Shown one piece after another: positions 1 through 10,432 of a DNA stretch of 64,000 nt. The position numbers were made by a program, and so were the translations under genes. How positions within the stretch are numbered: position 1 is the first letter of the stretch; every line of letters starts with the position of its first letter. Origin of the DNA: Acidilobaceae archaeon (lineage in GTDB: Archaea > Thermoproteota > Thermoprotei_A > Sulfolobales > Acidilobaceae); NCBI GenBank assembly GCA_038824665.1, contig JAWBBK010000001.1, positions 224,001-288,000 of the forward strand, in the 5' to 3' direction. The notes under the pieces are model-generated. The model was not told the DNA's origin, searched no databases, and saw only the letters and a list, made by a program, of their open reading frames with translations.

Positions 1-126
1 TGGGTGGAAGATTTGGGAGGCAGACAAAAGACTACGTTGTTCCATACCAAAGAGTCGGTTGCTAAAGAGATAGAGCAGTCGGTAACTAAAGGAAAGACTA
101 AGAAAGAGACCAGCAAGAGCAAATAG
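1..126 (+). CDS. 3' end of a CDS truncated by the window edge (unknown product)
   Basis: Frame 1 is open from base 1 (WVEDLGGRQK...KKETSKSK) to TAG at 124-126; Lys-rich tail. Confidence 0.5.
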   Translation, partial: WVEDLGGRQKTTLFHTKESVAKEIEQSVTKGKTKKETSKSK

Positions 127-199
127 AGCGAACCCCTTTTAAGCTATCTCACTCCGACATCGTTACCTCTTCCCTCTGTTAGTAGAGGGCGTTTTCACT

Positions 200-1051
200 A
201 TGGGCTGTTTTGTCTGGCCCCCTCCAAAGAGGAGACTTAAGCTGTCTGTAGGCGTTCCTGGAAGCGTTCTAGGCGTAGAGGAGACCCTCCAGCTGAAGGC
301 AGTGAAAGCTGGATGGATTGGAAGGACGCTGGCGGCGTTCAGAGTTGACGAATGCATAGTCTACAAAGACCCAGACACTAGCCCGAGAGACGCTAGACTT
401 CTTGTTTTGTATTTAAGATATATGTTGACTCCTCCTCATCTCAGAAAGAAGGTAATTCCGTTAACCGGGGAGTTAAGAGCTTCAGGAGTTCTACCTCCTC
501 TTAATACATATAATCATCTAGCTCCAGAAGAGCCAAAAGAAGGAGACGTTCTAGAGGTGTTTGTTGAAGAGTGTTCGAGAGAGACATGTAGAGCCTATTT
601 AGGCAAGCCAGGTTATGGAGTCTTAAGGGGCAGACATGAGCCAGGCTCTATCGTCGTAGCTAGAGTGGTTTCTTCAACAGGTGGGAGATACGAGCTAGAA
701 AAAGCTAGCTGGGGGGATATCTATACAGGATTTAGGATCAGAGCATTTAAAGACGTTGTTCAGGTCGTGAACTACTTGAGAAAGAAGGGAACACTTGTAG
801 TTCTAGCCAGTAAATACGGTAGATGTTTGTTCGAACAAGCGGATGCTCTCAAGAAAGCGATCACAGATAGGGGGAGAGTAGGAGTGGTATTCGGAGGTCC
901 ATATAGATGTCCCTACGAGTACAGTGACCGTTCGCTCTATGATTTCATAATCAACACCGTTCCGAGACAGGGAACGATGACTGTTAGAACAGAAGAGGCT
1001 CTATTAGCCACTCTCTCAGCTATGGCAAACTCTGGAGTGCTTCAGGACTAG
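200..1051 (+). CDS. SPOUT-family putative RNA methyltransferase (DUF171/MTH1-like)
   Basis: Motifs LRYMLTPPHLRK, GVLPPL, INTVPRQGTMTVRTEEA; usual position upstream of rpl3. Confidence 0.85.
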   Translation: MGCFVWPPPKRRLKLSVGVPGSVLGVEETLQLKAVKAGWIGRTLAAFRVDECIVYKDPDTSPRDARLLVLYLRYMLTPPHLRKKVIPLTGELRASGVLPPLNTYNHLAPEEPKEGDVLEVFVEECSRETCRAYLGKPGYGVLRGRHEPGSIVVARVVSSTGGRYELEKASWGDIYTGFRIRAFKDVVQVVNYLRKKGTLVVLASKYGRCLFEQADALKKAITDRGRVGVVFGGPYRCPYEYSDRSLYDFIINTVPRQGTMTVRTEEALLATLSAMANSGVLQD

Positions 1052-1123
1052 AGAGCTTCAGTCACTAGAACATCCGTGTTTTTAAGGTTTGGGAAAGCTG
1101 TGACTCGTCTGAGGGGTATTTGA

Positions 1124-2161
1124 ATGGGCGCTAGAAAGCAACACGCACCTAGAAGAGGAAGTCTAGGGTTCTCTCCACGCAAGAGAGCAGCGAGACTAGT
1201 TCCAAGAGTTAAGTCGTGGCCTAAGGTGAATACGAATAGACCTACTCTCTTAGCCTTCCTAGGCTACAAGGCCGGAATGACTCATGTCTTCATAGTAGAC
1301 GAAATGCCTACGAGCCCTACTTTCGGCAAAGAGATATTCGTTCCCGTGACTGTGGTAGAGACTCCACCTATGATAGCTTTAGCCGTAAGACTCTATGGGA
1401 GAGACTCCAACAGAGGTCTCTACACGCTAGGTGAGGCCTGGGTCTCCCCGCCTTCTGAACTCGAAATAGAAAGGAAGATCTCAACTTTCAGTTCCGGCAA
1501 CACAGAAGAGTCTCTTAGAAAACTCGAGAGCCTTCTACCCAAAGCTGTAGACGTAAGGCTGATCTTGGCTTCTCAGCCTAAGCTTACCGGAGGCTTAGAG
1601 AAGAAAAAGCCCGACCTTTTAGAGGTCAAAGTAGGTGGCGTTGGCGACATAAATGTTCTTTTTGATTATGCAGTTTCCAAGCTTGGGAAAGAGATAAGAG
1701 TAAACGAGGTGTTCTCAGCTGGAATGCTAGTAGATGTGATAGGAGTGACTAAAGGCAAAGGATTTCAAGGAGTGATCAAAAGATGGGGAGTAAAGGAGCT
1801 CCCCCGATGGCATAAACACAGAAAGGGAAGCAGAAGCGGACCTGGAGCTCGCTTCTCGGCTGTAGGAACTTGGTGGGAAGCTCCTCAAGCCGGACAGATG
1901 GGATATCACAGAAGAACTGAGTACAACAAGAAGATCCTCACTATAGGCTTCAACGGCTTCGAGATAACTCCTGCAGGAGGCTTTCTACATTACGGCTTAG
2001 TAAGGTCTGACTACGTGGTTTTAGCCGGTAGTGTCTTCGGTCCTCCGAAAAGACCTGTGGTGCTCAGATGGCCGATAAGGCCGCCTAAGCAGTACTTAGT
2101 CCACGGGGCTTTACAGCCCAAGATCGTTTATACAAGTCTTGAGAGCAAACAAGGAGCTTAA
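1124..2161 (+). CDS. rpl3: 50S ribosomal protein L3 (uL3)
   Basis: APRRGSLGFSPRKRA, GYKAGMTH, GKGFQGVIKRWG, GQMGYHRRTEYNK. Confidence 0.98.
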   Translation: MGARKQHAPRRGSLGFSPRKRAARLVPRVKSWPKVNTNRPTLLAFLGYKAGMTHVFIVDEMPTSPTFGKEIFVPVTVVETPPMIALAVRLYGRDSNRGLYTLGEAWVSPPSELEIERKISTFSSGNTEESLRKLESLLPKAVDVRLILASQPKLTGGLEKKKPDLLEVKVGGVGDINVLFDYAVSKLGKEIRVNEVFSAGMLVDVIGVTKGKGFQGVIKRWGVKELPRWHKHRKGSRSGPGARFSAVGTWWEAPQAGQMGYHRRTEYNKKILTIGFNGFEITPAGGFLHYGLVRSDYVVLAGSVFGPPKRPVVLRWPIRPPKQYLVHGALQPKIVYTSLESKQGA

Positions 2162-2174
2162 GAGGTGTGAATTC

Positions 2175-2990
2175 ATGATCACGTATATGGCTCTATACCT
2201 CAAGCCTTCGGTCTCAACATCTATATACAATTCGAAAGGAGAGGTCGTAGGAGAAATAGAGCTACCGAACGTTTTCAGACTTCCTGTAAGAACTGATCTA
2301 ATACGTAGAGTCTTTCTCAGCGAGTTCACTATGAGGCTTCAGCCTAAAGGCAGAGACCCTATGGCAGGTAAGAGAACGACAGCAGAAAGCCTCGGAATAG
2401 GATACGGCTTAGCTAGAGTTCCTAGAATAAAAGGCTCAACAAGAGCTGCCTTCATAGGCTCAGCTAGAGGAGGTATGGCTACATTTCCTCCCAGAGTAGA
2501 AAAAGTTCTATGGGAACGAGTCAACAAGAAAGAGAAGTTGTTAGCTACAGCCAGCGCTCTTTCAGCCACTGCAGAAATAGAACTAGTTAGAGCGAGAGGA
2601 CATAGATTCAGCGCGTCCAAAGTTCCAATAGTTATTGAGTCTTTAGTGCTTAACTCTATCTCTAAAACCAGAGATGCTGTAGACTTGCTCAAAAAGCTCG
2701 GAGTTTATGAAGATGTTGAAAGAGCAGCAGAAAGAACTAGATGGAGAGCCGGGAGGGGCAAAACAAGAGGCAGGAGATACAAAGAGCCTAGAAGCGTGCT
2801 CTTCATAGTTGACGATCACAGAGCTCCATTCTCTCGAGCAGTAGCTGGGCTACCGGGAGTAGATGTAGCCACTCCCAACTTTGTCAACGTCTTGTTGTTA
2901 GCTCCTGGAGGTCATCCTGGTAGGCTCACAGTGATCACAGACTCCTCTTTAGCTCAACTCAAGAAACGTTTTGAGGTGTTAGGATTATGA
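2175..2990 (+). CDS. rpl4: 50S ribosomal protein L4 (uL4)
   Basis: [40 protein letters not shown]; start moved to ATG 2175 after GAGGTG SD. Confidence 0.97.
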   Translation: MITYMALYLKPSVSTSIYNSKGEVVGEIELPNVFRLPVRTDLIRRVFLSEFTMRLQPKGRDPMAGKRTTAESLGIGYGLARVPRIKGSTRAAFIGSARGGMATFPPRVEKVLWERVNKKEKLLATASALSATAEIELVRARGHRFSASKVPIVIESLVLNSISKTRDAVDLLKKLGVYEDVERAAERTRWRAGRGKTRGRRYKEPRSVLFIVDDHRAPFSRAVAGLPGVDVATPNFVNVLLLAPGGHPGRLTVITDSSLAQLKKRFEVLGL

Positions 2991-3253
2991 GCAGAGACCC
3001 GCTTACAGTGATATTGAGAGCACACTATTCAGAGAAAGCAGCCAAACTTATGGACCGTGAGAACACGTTAGTTCTCATAGTAGATAGAAGAGCTACGAAA
3101 CATGACGTGAAGAGAGCTGTAGAAGAACTCTTTAAAGTTGAGGTAGAAGAGGTCAGAACTCTAATAACTCCTAGAGGCGAAAAGAAGGCTTATGTCAAAC
3201 TAGCTCCTCAGTATAAGGCTAGAGACGTGGCTGCTAGCCTAGGCGTTCTGTGA
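2987..3253 (+). CDS. rpl23: 50S ribosomal protein L23 (uL23)
   Basis: [30 protein letters not shown]; overlaps rpl4 stop (ATGA). Confidence 0.97.
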   Translation: MSRDPLTVILRAHYSEKAAKLMDRENTLVLIVDRRATKHDVKRAVEELFKVEVEEVRTLITPRGEKKAYVKLAPQYKARDVAASLGVL

Positions 3254-4162
3254 TCTCTTCTCCTCACTGAGAGCCTCTAATATTTTCTCAACTACTCTCA
3301 TAAAGGCCTGGCTTGACTCTCTTTCAGGAGCTCCTACGACTATAGGAACTCCTCGGTCTTCAAACATCCTTATCTCCGGGTCTAGAGGGATAGCTCCCAA
3401 AAACCTAGTGGAGAGCTCTTTAGCGAGTCTCTCTCCTTTGCTTTCTCCAAAGACGTAGATTATCTCTCCTGAGCTTCCACATCTGAGATAGCTCATGTTT
3501 TCAACTATCCCAAGAATAGGAGCTTTCAGTTGACGAGCGAAACTAGCTGCTTTTCTCACTACAGATACAGATATCTCAGAGGGAGTAGTGACTAGCACTA
3601 TACCAGCTATCTCTCTTGGGATCATCTGGATAAGGGTGAGCACTTCATCTCCTGTTCCTGGAGGGGTGTCTACCAAAAGGAAGTCTAGTTCTCCCCAGTC
3701 TACGTAAGCTAAGAGTTCGTTAACTGCAGATGCTTTTATCGGTCCTCTCCATATTACAGCATCGTCATCAGATTTAAGTAACAGTCCTATAGATACCACC
3801 TTGATCCCAAGAGGCTGAACGGTCACTGGAATCACAGAGCCGTCGAGAGCGACCGGGAGTCCCATGCCGGTAGAGAGCCCTAACAGCTTGTGAACAGAGG
3901 GACCGTGGAAGTCTATATCGAACACTCCAACCCTAGCTCCTTTGAGAGCGAGACCTGCAGCTACGTTGGTTGTGACTATGCTCTTGCCTACGCCTCCTTT
4001 AGTGCTCGTTATGATGATTATGTGTTTGACCTTCTCGAGGTTTTTTAAAGCGGTTCTTCTAAGCTCCTGATATCTTTTCATGTGTTCAGCTATTTGACGA
4101 TAGCTTCGTCCTTCTGGGCTTTCTCTTATCCTGAGGTTCTCTCTTTCTCTCTCTTCGCTCAA
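3239..4162 (-). CDS. Mrp/NBP35 (ApbC) Fe-S cluster carrier ATPase
   Basis: Deviant Walker [38 protein letters not shown]. Confidence 0.93.
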   Translation of the reverse strand: MSEERERENLRIRESPEGRSYRQIAEHMKRYQELRRTALKNLEKVKHIIIITSTKGGVGKSIVTTNVAAGLALKGARVGVFDIDFHGPSVHKLLGLSTGMGLPVALDGSVIPVTVQPLGIKVVSIGLLLKSDDDAVIWRGPIKASAVNELLAYVDWGELDFLLVDTPPGTGDEVLTLIQMIPREIAGIVLVTTPSEISVSVVRKAASFARQLKAPILGIVENMSYLRCGSSGEIIYVFGESKGERLAKELSTRFLGAIPLDPEIRMFEDRGVPIVVGAPERESSQAFMRVVEKILEALSEEKRSQNA

Positions 4163-4249
4163 AGTCTTCTCCTCGAGATACAGAGGTCTCCGAGGGCTTT
4201 ATGAGAGAGGTTTTTATTTTCAGTCACAGATCGGACCTTCGGGACGACT

Positions 4250-5587
4250 TTGACTGTAAGACTAGCTCTGGTCTCTAAGTTTAGAGACGTAGATGCAGAC
4301 GTTCTTTCTGCTTTGAGGTCTTTGGACTATGATGTTTTTGTAGTCATAGTAGACTCTTTACACCCCATTGTAGTTTCAGAGGCTTTAAAAAATGTAAACT
4401 ACGACTATGCTGTGGTTCCTGGAACTAGCCCCTTTGATTACAGCGGACTTCGAAGAGTAGTTAAAGGAACGACTTCTCTTAAGCTCTTGCCTCGTCTGTT
4501 GAAGTACGTAAGCGTCGAGAGTTTGAGTCCTTCTTTAAGCGCTGAGAGAGCTCTTGAGGAAAGCCTGGTCTATAAGGCTCTTTCAGAGACGTTGAACGAG
4601 ATAGCTGGAAAAACGAAGTGGTTGAAAGCAGGCGACGTTAGATTACCGATACGTCCTCCGCCTGTGGTAGTTTTTTCTGATATCTATATCGCTCCTCCTA
4701 TCGATTTAGAACGTATAGCCAGAGAGGTCAGATACAGAGAATGGTCAGGAGCTGACGCTATAGTTTTGAGCTTCGACCCCCTTGTTGAAGAAGAAGAGAT
4801 TCTCAAAGTCTTTAAGAAAGCGTTAGAAGAGGTAGAGGTTCCTGTGGCTGTAGACACAACAAGATTCGAGACTCTTATTAAAGCTGTTGACTTAGGAGCT
4901 CCAATAGTTTTCAGCTTAACTCTAGACGCGCTTTCTGATGTGCCGAGCGGACTCAGAGATAGAGCCTTCTACGTAGTGATACCGCGTTCGTTTAGAAGCT
5001 GGAGGTCCAGAGCTGAAGAGCTAGCTCGAGTCTGTGCTTTAGCTTATGAATTAAACGTTAACGTAATACTAGACCCTCTTCTTCATCCTTTTCTACATCC
5101 CGGAGCTCTGGAAGGACTCATGACAGTTAAGCTTGTCAAAGAGTTCGAACAGTGTAAAGACTATCCGGTGTTGTTAGGATTAAACAACGCAGTAGAGCTA
5201 GCAGATGTAGACACTCATGCCTCTACAGCTACATTGTTGTTCTTAGCTGCAGAGGCTGGAGCATCTTTGGTCATGGTAGGCGAGGAGAGCTACAAAGCTA
5301 GAGCTTCAACTCTAGAAGCTAAACTGGCTTCCGTTTTGACCTCTTTGGCTCTAAGTCTTGGAAGTCCACCTAAAGACCTTCCGCTCAATCTCCTCAAGCT
5401 TAAAGGGAAGAGTCCTCGGGAGGACATCAAATACTTGGGTTCTGCTGTCTTTAGTGTCTTTGGAGAAGTAGTTGACTGCAGGTCAAGAGAAGACGTAGAG
5501 CTATGTCGTGAATGGAACTTAAAGCGGTCTCAAAAAGAACTCCTCCTCAAGTATTCTAATCTATTTAAGCTTAGAGACAGAAGATAG
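4250..5587 (+). CDS. Dihydropteroate synthase-like (pterin-binding) protein
   Basis: Archaeal DHPS-related pattern: LPIRPPPVVV, ILDPLLHP, LLGLNNAVELADVD, PPKDLPLNLL. Confidence 0.75.
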   Translation: MTVRLALVSKFRDVDADVLSALRSLDYDVFVVIVDSLHPIVVSEALKNVNYDYAVVPGTSPFDYSGLRRVVKGTTSLKLLPRLLKYVSVESLSPSLSAERALEESLVYKALSETLNEIAGKTKWLKAGDVRLPIRPPPVVVFSDIYIAPPIDLERIAREVRYREWSGADAIVLSFDPLVEEEEILKVFKKALEEVEVPVAVDTTRFETLIKAVDLGAPIVFSLTLDALSDVPSGLRDRAFYVVIPRSFRSWRSRAEELARVCALAYELNVNVILDPLLHPFLHPGALEGLMTVKLVKEFEQCKDYPVLLGLNNAVELADVDTHASTATLLFLAAEAGASLVMVGEESYKARASTLEAKLASVLTSLALSLGSPPKDLPLNLLKLKGKSPREDIKYLGSAVFSVFGEVVDCRSREDVELCREWNLKRSQKELLLKYSNLFKLRDRR

Positions 5588-5640
5588 AAGAGGATCATGG
5601 TCTCAAAGTCCTAGCGATATAGAACTCAAGGTGACGAGCT

Positions 5641-6696
5641 TTGTATGATGTCGTTGTGGTTGGGAGCGGGATATCAGGCATGTCTTTAGCTTACCTGCTA
5701 GCCAAGAAGAGACTTAAAGTAGCTCTAATCGGTCCTGTTGAACTCTCAGAACTCCTTGGAGAAAGCACTGCAGGTATTTTGACCTACCACTTGAGAGAAC
5801 CTTTCTTGAGTTGGGCTTTACGTACATACGAGATCTACAAGGAGGTAAAAGAGGACGCTATTGAAAAAGTTGAGACGCTATGGTTAATAAATAATGACGA
5901 ATTCTTTAAAGAGGTCACATCAAAGGCTTCAGAGCACGGACTAAGAGTGCAAGAAGTCTCTGAAAAGGAGGTCTCTGAAGTTACTGGAGGCAGAGTGAAG
6001 GTCGAGAACGGAGAGATTGCGGCTTTAGGAGACGGTCTGAAATACAACGTAAAGAAACTACACAGAGCTTTTATCGATAAGCTTAGCGAGCTAGAAGTAG
6101 ACGTGATCAGCAAGTGGGCAGAGCTTAGAGACTCTAGAGTTCTTGTCGACGGAGAAGAGATCAGAGGCAGAGCAGTAGTTGTGGCTAGCGGTCCTTGGAC
6201 TAGAGAACTCTTAAACTTGAGAAATCTAACTATTTACAAATGTCAACTCTCTAAAATACCGCAAGAGTTACATATTTCGGTAATCGATGACGTCCTTGGA
6301 TTCTATTATAATGTTCTCTCTGAAGGGATAGCCGCTTTAGGAGATGGAATCGAAGTTGTCGTAGACGATATTGTCAAAGCTATAGAGCCTGATGAAGACG
6401 TGCTAATTAGTGTTGTGAATAAAGCCATTAAGAGAGGAGTTTTGAGTAAATTGCCTAAGGACTTTAAGATGGTTTCAGCTCCTTGTATCGGTACTAGCGA
6501 CGGGCTCCCCGTTGTAGGGAAAGTAGGAGAGAACCTTTACGTGATCACAGGCTTCAATGGGATTGGCTATAGCGTGGCTCCAGCAGTAGCAGAGATCTTG
6601 GTAGAACATATCCTCTACGGAAAAGAGATAGCAGTAGAACTCAGTCCTAATAGAGAGCTAAAAGAGGGAAAAGTTATAGAACCTATAGACATGTAG
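5641..6696 (+). CDS. FAD-dependent oxidoreductase (DadA/SoxB family)
   Basis: N-terminal GxGxxG (VVVGSGISG), ASGPWT, DGLPVVG, TGFNGIG. Confidence 0.88.
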   Translation: MYDVVVVGSGISGMSLAYLLAKKRLKVALIGPVELSELLGESTAGILTYHLREPFLSWALRTYEIYKEVKEDAIEKVETLWLINNDEFFKEVTSKASEHGLRVQEVSEKEVSEVTGGRVKVENGEIAALGDGLKYNVKKLHRAFIDKLSELEVDVISKWAELRDSRVLVDGEEIRGRAVVVASGPWTRELLNLRNLTIYKCQLSKIPQELHISVIDDVLGFYYNVLSEGIAALGDGIEVVVDDIVKAIEPDEDVLISVVNKAIKRGVLSKLPKDFKMVSAPCIGTSDGLPVVGKVGENLYVITGFNGIGYSVAPAVAEILVEHILYGKEIAVELSPNRELKEGKVIEPIDM

Positions 6697-6723
6697 GCGT
6701 TGATTCAAATCTCTTTATAGGTT

Positions 6724-8235
6724 TCAAACGGTCAAGTACTTATCCTCTAAGTACTTCAGGAAGTACTTAGAGCTAAGGCTTTCTCCAAAGCTCTTAGCTA
6801 TCAGCTCGTCTGGCGGGTAAGTGGATCCGTATTTATGTATCTTCTCTTTCAGATAAGACTTCAGATACTCAATGCCGTCTCTCCCTGCAGAAAGGATATC
6901 TGACAGAGTTCTTCGCGACTCCTCCTCTATTTTGCTCTTGATTTGAGCTGAAAGCAAATTTCCTATAGTGTATGTTGGGAAGTATCCTATAAGCGCCTGG
7001 CTCCAGTGGATGTCTTGTAGCACTCCTTCTGAATGGTTGCTTGGTCTGACTCCTAGTAGCTCCTCCATCATGTCGTTCCAGAACTCGGGAAGGTCTGAGA
7101 CCTTGACTTCACCAGCTATGAGCATTCTCTCAAGTTGATATCTGATGTAGATATGAAAGTTGTACGTCACTTCGTCAGCATCTACACGAATGAGGCTAGG
7201 TCTTACGGTATTGAAGTAGAAGAACAAGCTTTCTTCATCGTATCTCTCTAAGAAGTCCAGATGAGACTTGAGTATTGGGTAGACGAGTTTAACGAAAGCT
7301 CTGTTTCTACCTATAACGTTTTCCCAGAACCTGCTCTGACTTTCGTGAACCCCTAGGCTAACTCCTTGAGCTAGAGGAGTAAGCGCGAGTCTCTCGTCGA
7401 TCTGAAGCTCATAAAGAGCGTGTCCAAACTCGTGTATTGTTGAAAACAGAGTTCTCTTGAAGTCAAAACCTTCATATCTAGTCGTTATCCTTACGTCCTT
7501 GAGACCTATATTTGTTGAAAACGGATGAGCGCTTACGTCTAATCTGCCTTTACTCCAGGGATAACCCAGAAGGTTTAGAACATCTTTGTTCGCTCTAGCC
7601 ATCTGGTCTACGTTATACTTTACGTTCTCCAACTCATGAGTTTGAGGATAGATCCCGGAGGAAAGCACCTTGCTTAGAACCTTCTTTAAGCCTGGTACGA
7701 GCTCGGAGAACAGAGCGTTTACAGTCTCATCTCTCAAATTTTCTTCGAAGATATCTAGAAGAGGGTCATAAGGATGCTTATCGTAGCCCAGATGGTTAGC
7801 GACCTCTCTAGCTAATGAGAAGATCTTCTCTAGATGAGGTCTGAAGAGTTCGAAGTCTCCTTTCTTTTTAGCTTCTCTCCATACCTGTGTGGCTTCAGCT
7901 TTAGTTTTTTCTAGCTCGTACTGAAGCTTTTCAGGTATCTTCTTGAGCTTCTCTATGTCTCTTTGGAGAACTCTAACTACCCCTCTTTCATAATCGTTCA
8001 AGCTTTCTTTGTGAGAGATCTTATCTACTAGCGGAGCTATGTTTTGAAGAAGCAGTTTGCGTTCAAGAAGGCGGAGTTCAGCTAAGGCTATAGCTCTCTC
8101 TTCAACGCCTTCAGGTGGCATCGATACTTCAAGGTCCCAGTGAAGAAGACTAGCAGCGTGCTGTAGAGACCAGATAGTTCTATAGCGCTCGAGGATCTCT
8201 TTCACTATTTCGTTTTTGAACAGAGCTTCGCTCAT
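6724..8235 (-). CDS. Carboxypeptidase, peptidase family M32
   Basis: HEFGH zinc motif, HPF, HESQSRFWEN, IRVDADE, QDIHW, GYFPTY. Confidence 0.97.
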   Translation of the reverse strand: MSEALFKNEIVKEILERYRTIWSLQHAASLLHWDLEVSMPPEGVEERAIALAELRLLERKLLLQNIAPLVDKISHKESLNDYERGVVRVLQRDIEKLKKIPEKLQYELEKTKAEATQVWREAKKKGDFELFRPHLEKIFSLAREVANHLGYDKHPYDPLLDIFEENLRDETVNALFSELVPGLKKVLSKVLSSGIYPQTHELENVKYNVDQMARANKDVLNLLGYPWSKGRLDVSAHPFSTNIGLKDVRITTRYEGFDFKRTLFSTIHEFGHALYELQIDERLALTPLAQGVSLGVHESQSRFWENVIGRNRAFVKLVYPILKSHLDFLERYDEESLFFYFNTVRPSLIRVDADEVTYNFHIYIRYQLERMLIAGEVKVSDLPEFWNDMMEELLGVRPSNHSEGVLQDIHWSQALIGYFPTYTIGNLLSAQIKSKIEEESRRTLSDILSAGRDGIEYLKSYLKEKIHKYGSTYPPDELIAKSFGESLSSKYFLKYLEDKYLTV

Positions 8236-8309
8236 GTGCTCTCACCTCTAGCTTTGTTATCTCAATGGTTTCTGAAGGCTTTAAGAAAAAAGTAACTAAA
8301 TCTGTTTGT

Positions 8310-9158
8310 TTACACAGCTCTTCCTGAAGCTAAGAACGCTAGAAGAACAGAATAGAGAGAAGCGGTGACGGGATCTACGTTGAACTCCACTATATCCAAT
8401 TCCGCTTTGTTTCTAACAGACTTCAGGAGCTCCTCGTACTCCTTTCTTTCAAGACTTGTCACCATGACTAGAAGCCTACCTTTAGGCGGAGAGTCCTCTA
8501 AAGCGTCTAAAGGTAGAGGGTTGCAAGACTTCACTGCGATACAGTAGTAATAAGCTCCAGCCATCGTAGCCGGCGTGTAGAGAGCTGTTGTGTACGATCT
8601 TTCAACAACGAAACTGTAGCCTTCGATCAGCCATTCTAGAGCGCTATCAAGAGACATCAGCTCTTTCTTGATTCTCTCATCTCTAAACCCCATGAGCTTA
8701 GGTCTCCAGATCAACGCGGCTAAAGACATAGTTAAGAGAGGAGAGGGAGAATCGATCATCACTCTGTTCACGTTGTGTAGTCTTAGTCTTTCTTCATAAG
8801 CTTCGTGCATACGAGGAGCTACAAGCGTAGACTTAGCTCCAAGAATTGATGAAGCTATAACAGCGTTTACAGCTCTAGGGTCTTTCTGTCTACTAGAGAA
8901 TACGATCACGCTTTCACAGTCCCTATAGGGAATTATATGGAGAGAGAGTTCAACTATGTCAACTAGCGAGACGTTAAGACCTGCGTGAGTAGAGGATATG
9001 TAAAGCACGGAAGCAGGAGGTTCTGCTCCTCTTGTATAGGCTATCAGAGAGCCCTCAGTTACGCTTACTTTTCCTTCTAACTTTTTGGCTACGCTTAACA
9101 CTGCATAGTAGGCTTTCTTGAACTCTTCTAAGCTTTGAGATGCGTTAGACGACTCCAT
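8310..9158 (-). CDS. Hypothetical protein (possibly degenerate SIS/sugar-isomerase-like fold)
   Basis: 282-aa ORF overlapping the mtnP stop, host-like codon usage; fold is only a guess. Confidence 0.65.
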   Translation of the reverse strand: MESSNASQSLEEFKKAYYAVLSVAKKLEGKVSVTEGSLIAYTRGAEPPASVLYISSTHAGLNVSLVDIVELSLHIIPYRDCESVIVFSSRQKDPRAVNAVIASSILGAKSTLVAPRMHEAYEERLRLHNVNRVMIDSPSPLLTMSLAALIWRPKLMGFRDERIKKELMSLDSALEWLIEGYSFVVERSYTTALYTPATMAGAYYYCIAVKSCNPLPLDALEDSPPKGRLLVMVTSLERKEYEELLKSVRNKAELDIVEFNVDPVTASLYSVLLAFLASGRAV

Positions 9159-9978
9159 GCTCTAATGCCTTGCAACAACTGCACTTCTCAGAGCGAGGCT
9201 CTCCCTCAAGCTCGGGTATAGTGCTATAGAGTATTTTCTTAGCTTTTTCAACGTTCTCATTCATAACTCGAACTACTTCTTCTGCAGTAACCGGTCTCTC
9301 AGCCCATACATCATAGTCTGTAACCATGGCTAGCGTTGCATAGCACAGTTGAGCCTCGCAGGCTAGGTTGACCTCAGGAACTAAGGTCATTCCTATTATG
9401 TCAGCTTTGAATACATCTTTCCATAATCTGCTCTCAGCTCTAGTAGAAAACCTCGGACCTTCTATACAGACGTAGGTTCCTGAAGGGTGAATCGTATAGC
9501 CTAGTCTTCTTCCAACTTGGATCAACTTTTCGCGAAGGTCTTCACAGAAGGGGTCAGCCATACTTACATGGACTACTACTGGCCCGTCATAGAATGTGTA
9601 ATGTCTTCTGTTCTTCGTCATATCTATGAACTGATCAGGAACTACTAGATCTCCAGGCTTATAGTCCCATCTAAGACTACCTACAGCAGACACAGCAATA
9701 ATCCATCGAACGCCTAGAGCCTTCAGGGCGTATATGTTAGCTCTATAGTTTATCATATGAGGCGGGATCCTGTGACCTCTTCCATGTCTAGGGAGAAAAG
9801 CTACCTTGATACCTCTAACCTCACCAACGATTATCTTGTCCGAAGGTTCTCCATAGGGGGTGTTCACTGTGACCTCTATAGGATTTGATATAATACCAGG
9901 GTCGTAGAGCCCAGAACCTCCTATGATGCCCACATGAGCTCTAACTCCAGCGGGCTTCATGATAACCTGACTCAACAT
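9145..9978 (-). CDS. mtnP: S-methyl-5'-thioadenosine phosphorylase
   Basis: [38 protein letters not shown]. Confidence 0.95.
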   Translation of the reverse strand: MLSQVIMKPAGVRAHVGIIGGSGLYDPGIISNPIEVTVNTPYGEPSDKIIVGEVRGIKVAFLPRHGRGHRIPPHMINYRANIYALKALGVRWIIAVSAVGSLRWDYKPGDLVVPDQFIDMTKNRRHYTFYDGPVVVHVSMADPFCEDLREKLIQVGRRLGYTIHPSGTYVCIEGPRFSTRAESRLWKDVFKADIIGMTLVPEVNLACEAQLCYATLAMVTDYDVWAERPVTAEEVVRVMNENVEKAKKILYSTIPELEGEPRSEKCSCCKALEHGVV

Positions 9979-10063
9979 CTACACCTCGGTTTAACGGCTA
10001 GACCTCTACTGAATTTAAGCTTAATCCTGTGTGAGCTATTGAGATTTCAACGGGTGGCAAGAG

Positions 10064-10432
10064 GTAGCTGAGTATAAACAAGCCATCGTGTTAAGACGCG
10101 ATATAGATATGAGCAAAGGAAAAGCCGCTGCTCAGGCAGCTCACGCTAGCGTAGAGGTTGTTGTCGAGATTCTAAAGAGCGGTAAGAAGGAGTGGAAGGA
10201 ATGGCTTGAAGGCTGGCTGTCTCAGGGTCAGACTAAAGTGGTTCTTCGCGTTAGCTCAGAGCGTGAACTCTTAGAGGTTTACGAGAAGGCTAAAGCAGAG
10301 GGACTACCCGTCTCTATAGTAAGAGATGCGGGGAGAACTCAGCTAGAGCCGGGAACGCTCACAGCTGTCGCTATAGGGCCTGCTCCTACTCATCTTGTCG
10401 ACGAGATCACAGGACACTTGAAGTTGTTTTAG
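10064..10432 (+). CDS. pth2: Peptidyl-tRNA hydrolase 2
   Basis: MSKGKAAAQAAHAS, DAGRTQLEPGT, ITGHLKL; conserved YKQAIV lies upstream of the first canonical start (GTG 10088), so start placed tentatively at GTA 10064. Confidence 0.93.
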   Translation, partial: VAEYKQAIVLRRDIDMSKGKAAAQAAHASVEVVVEILKSGKKEWKEWLEGWLSQGQTKVVLRVSSERELLEVYEKAKAEGLPVSIVRDAGRTQLEPGTLTAVAIGPAPTHLVDEITGHLKLF

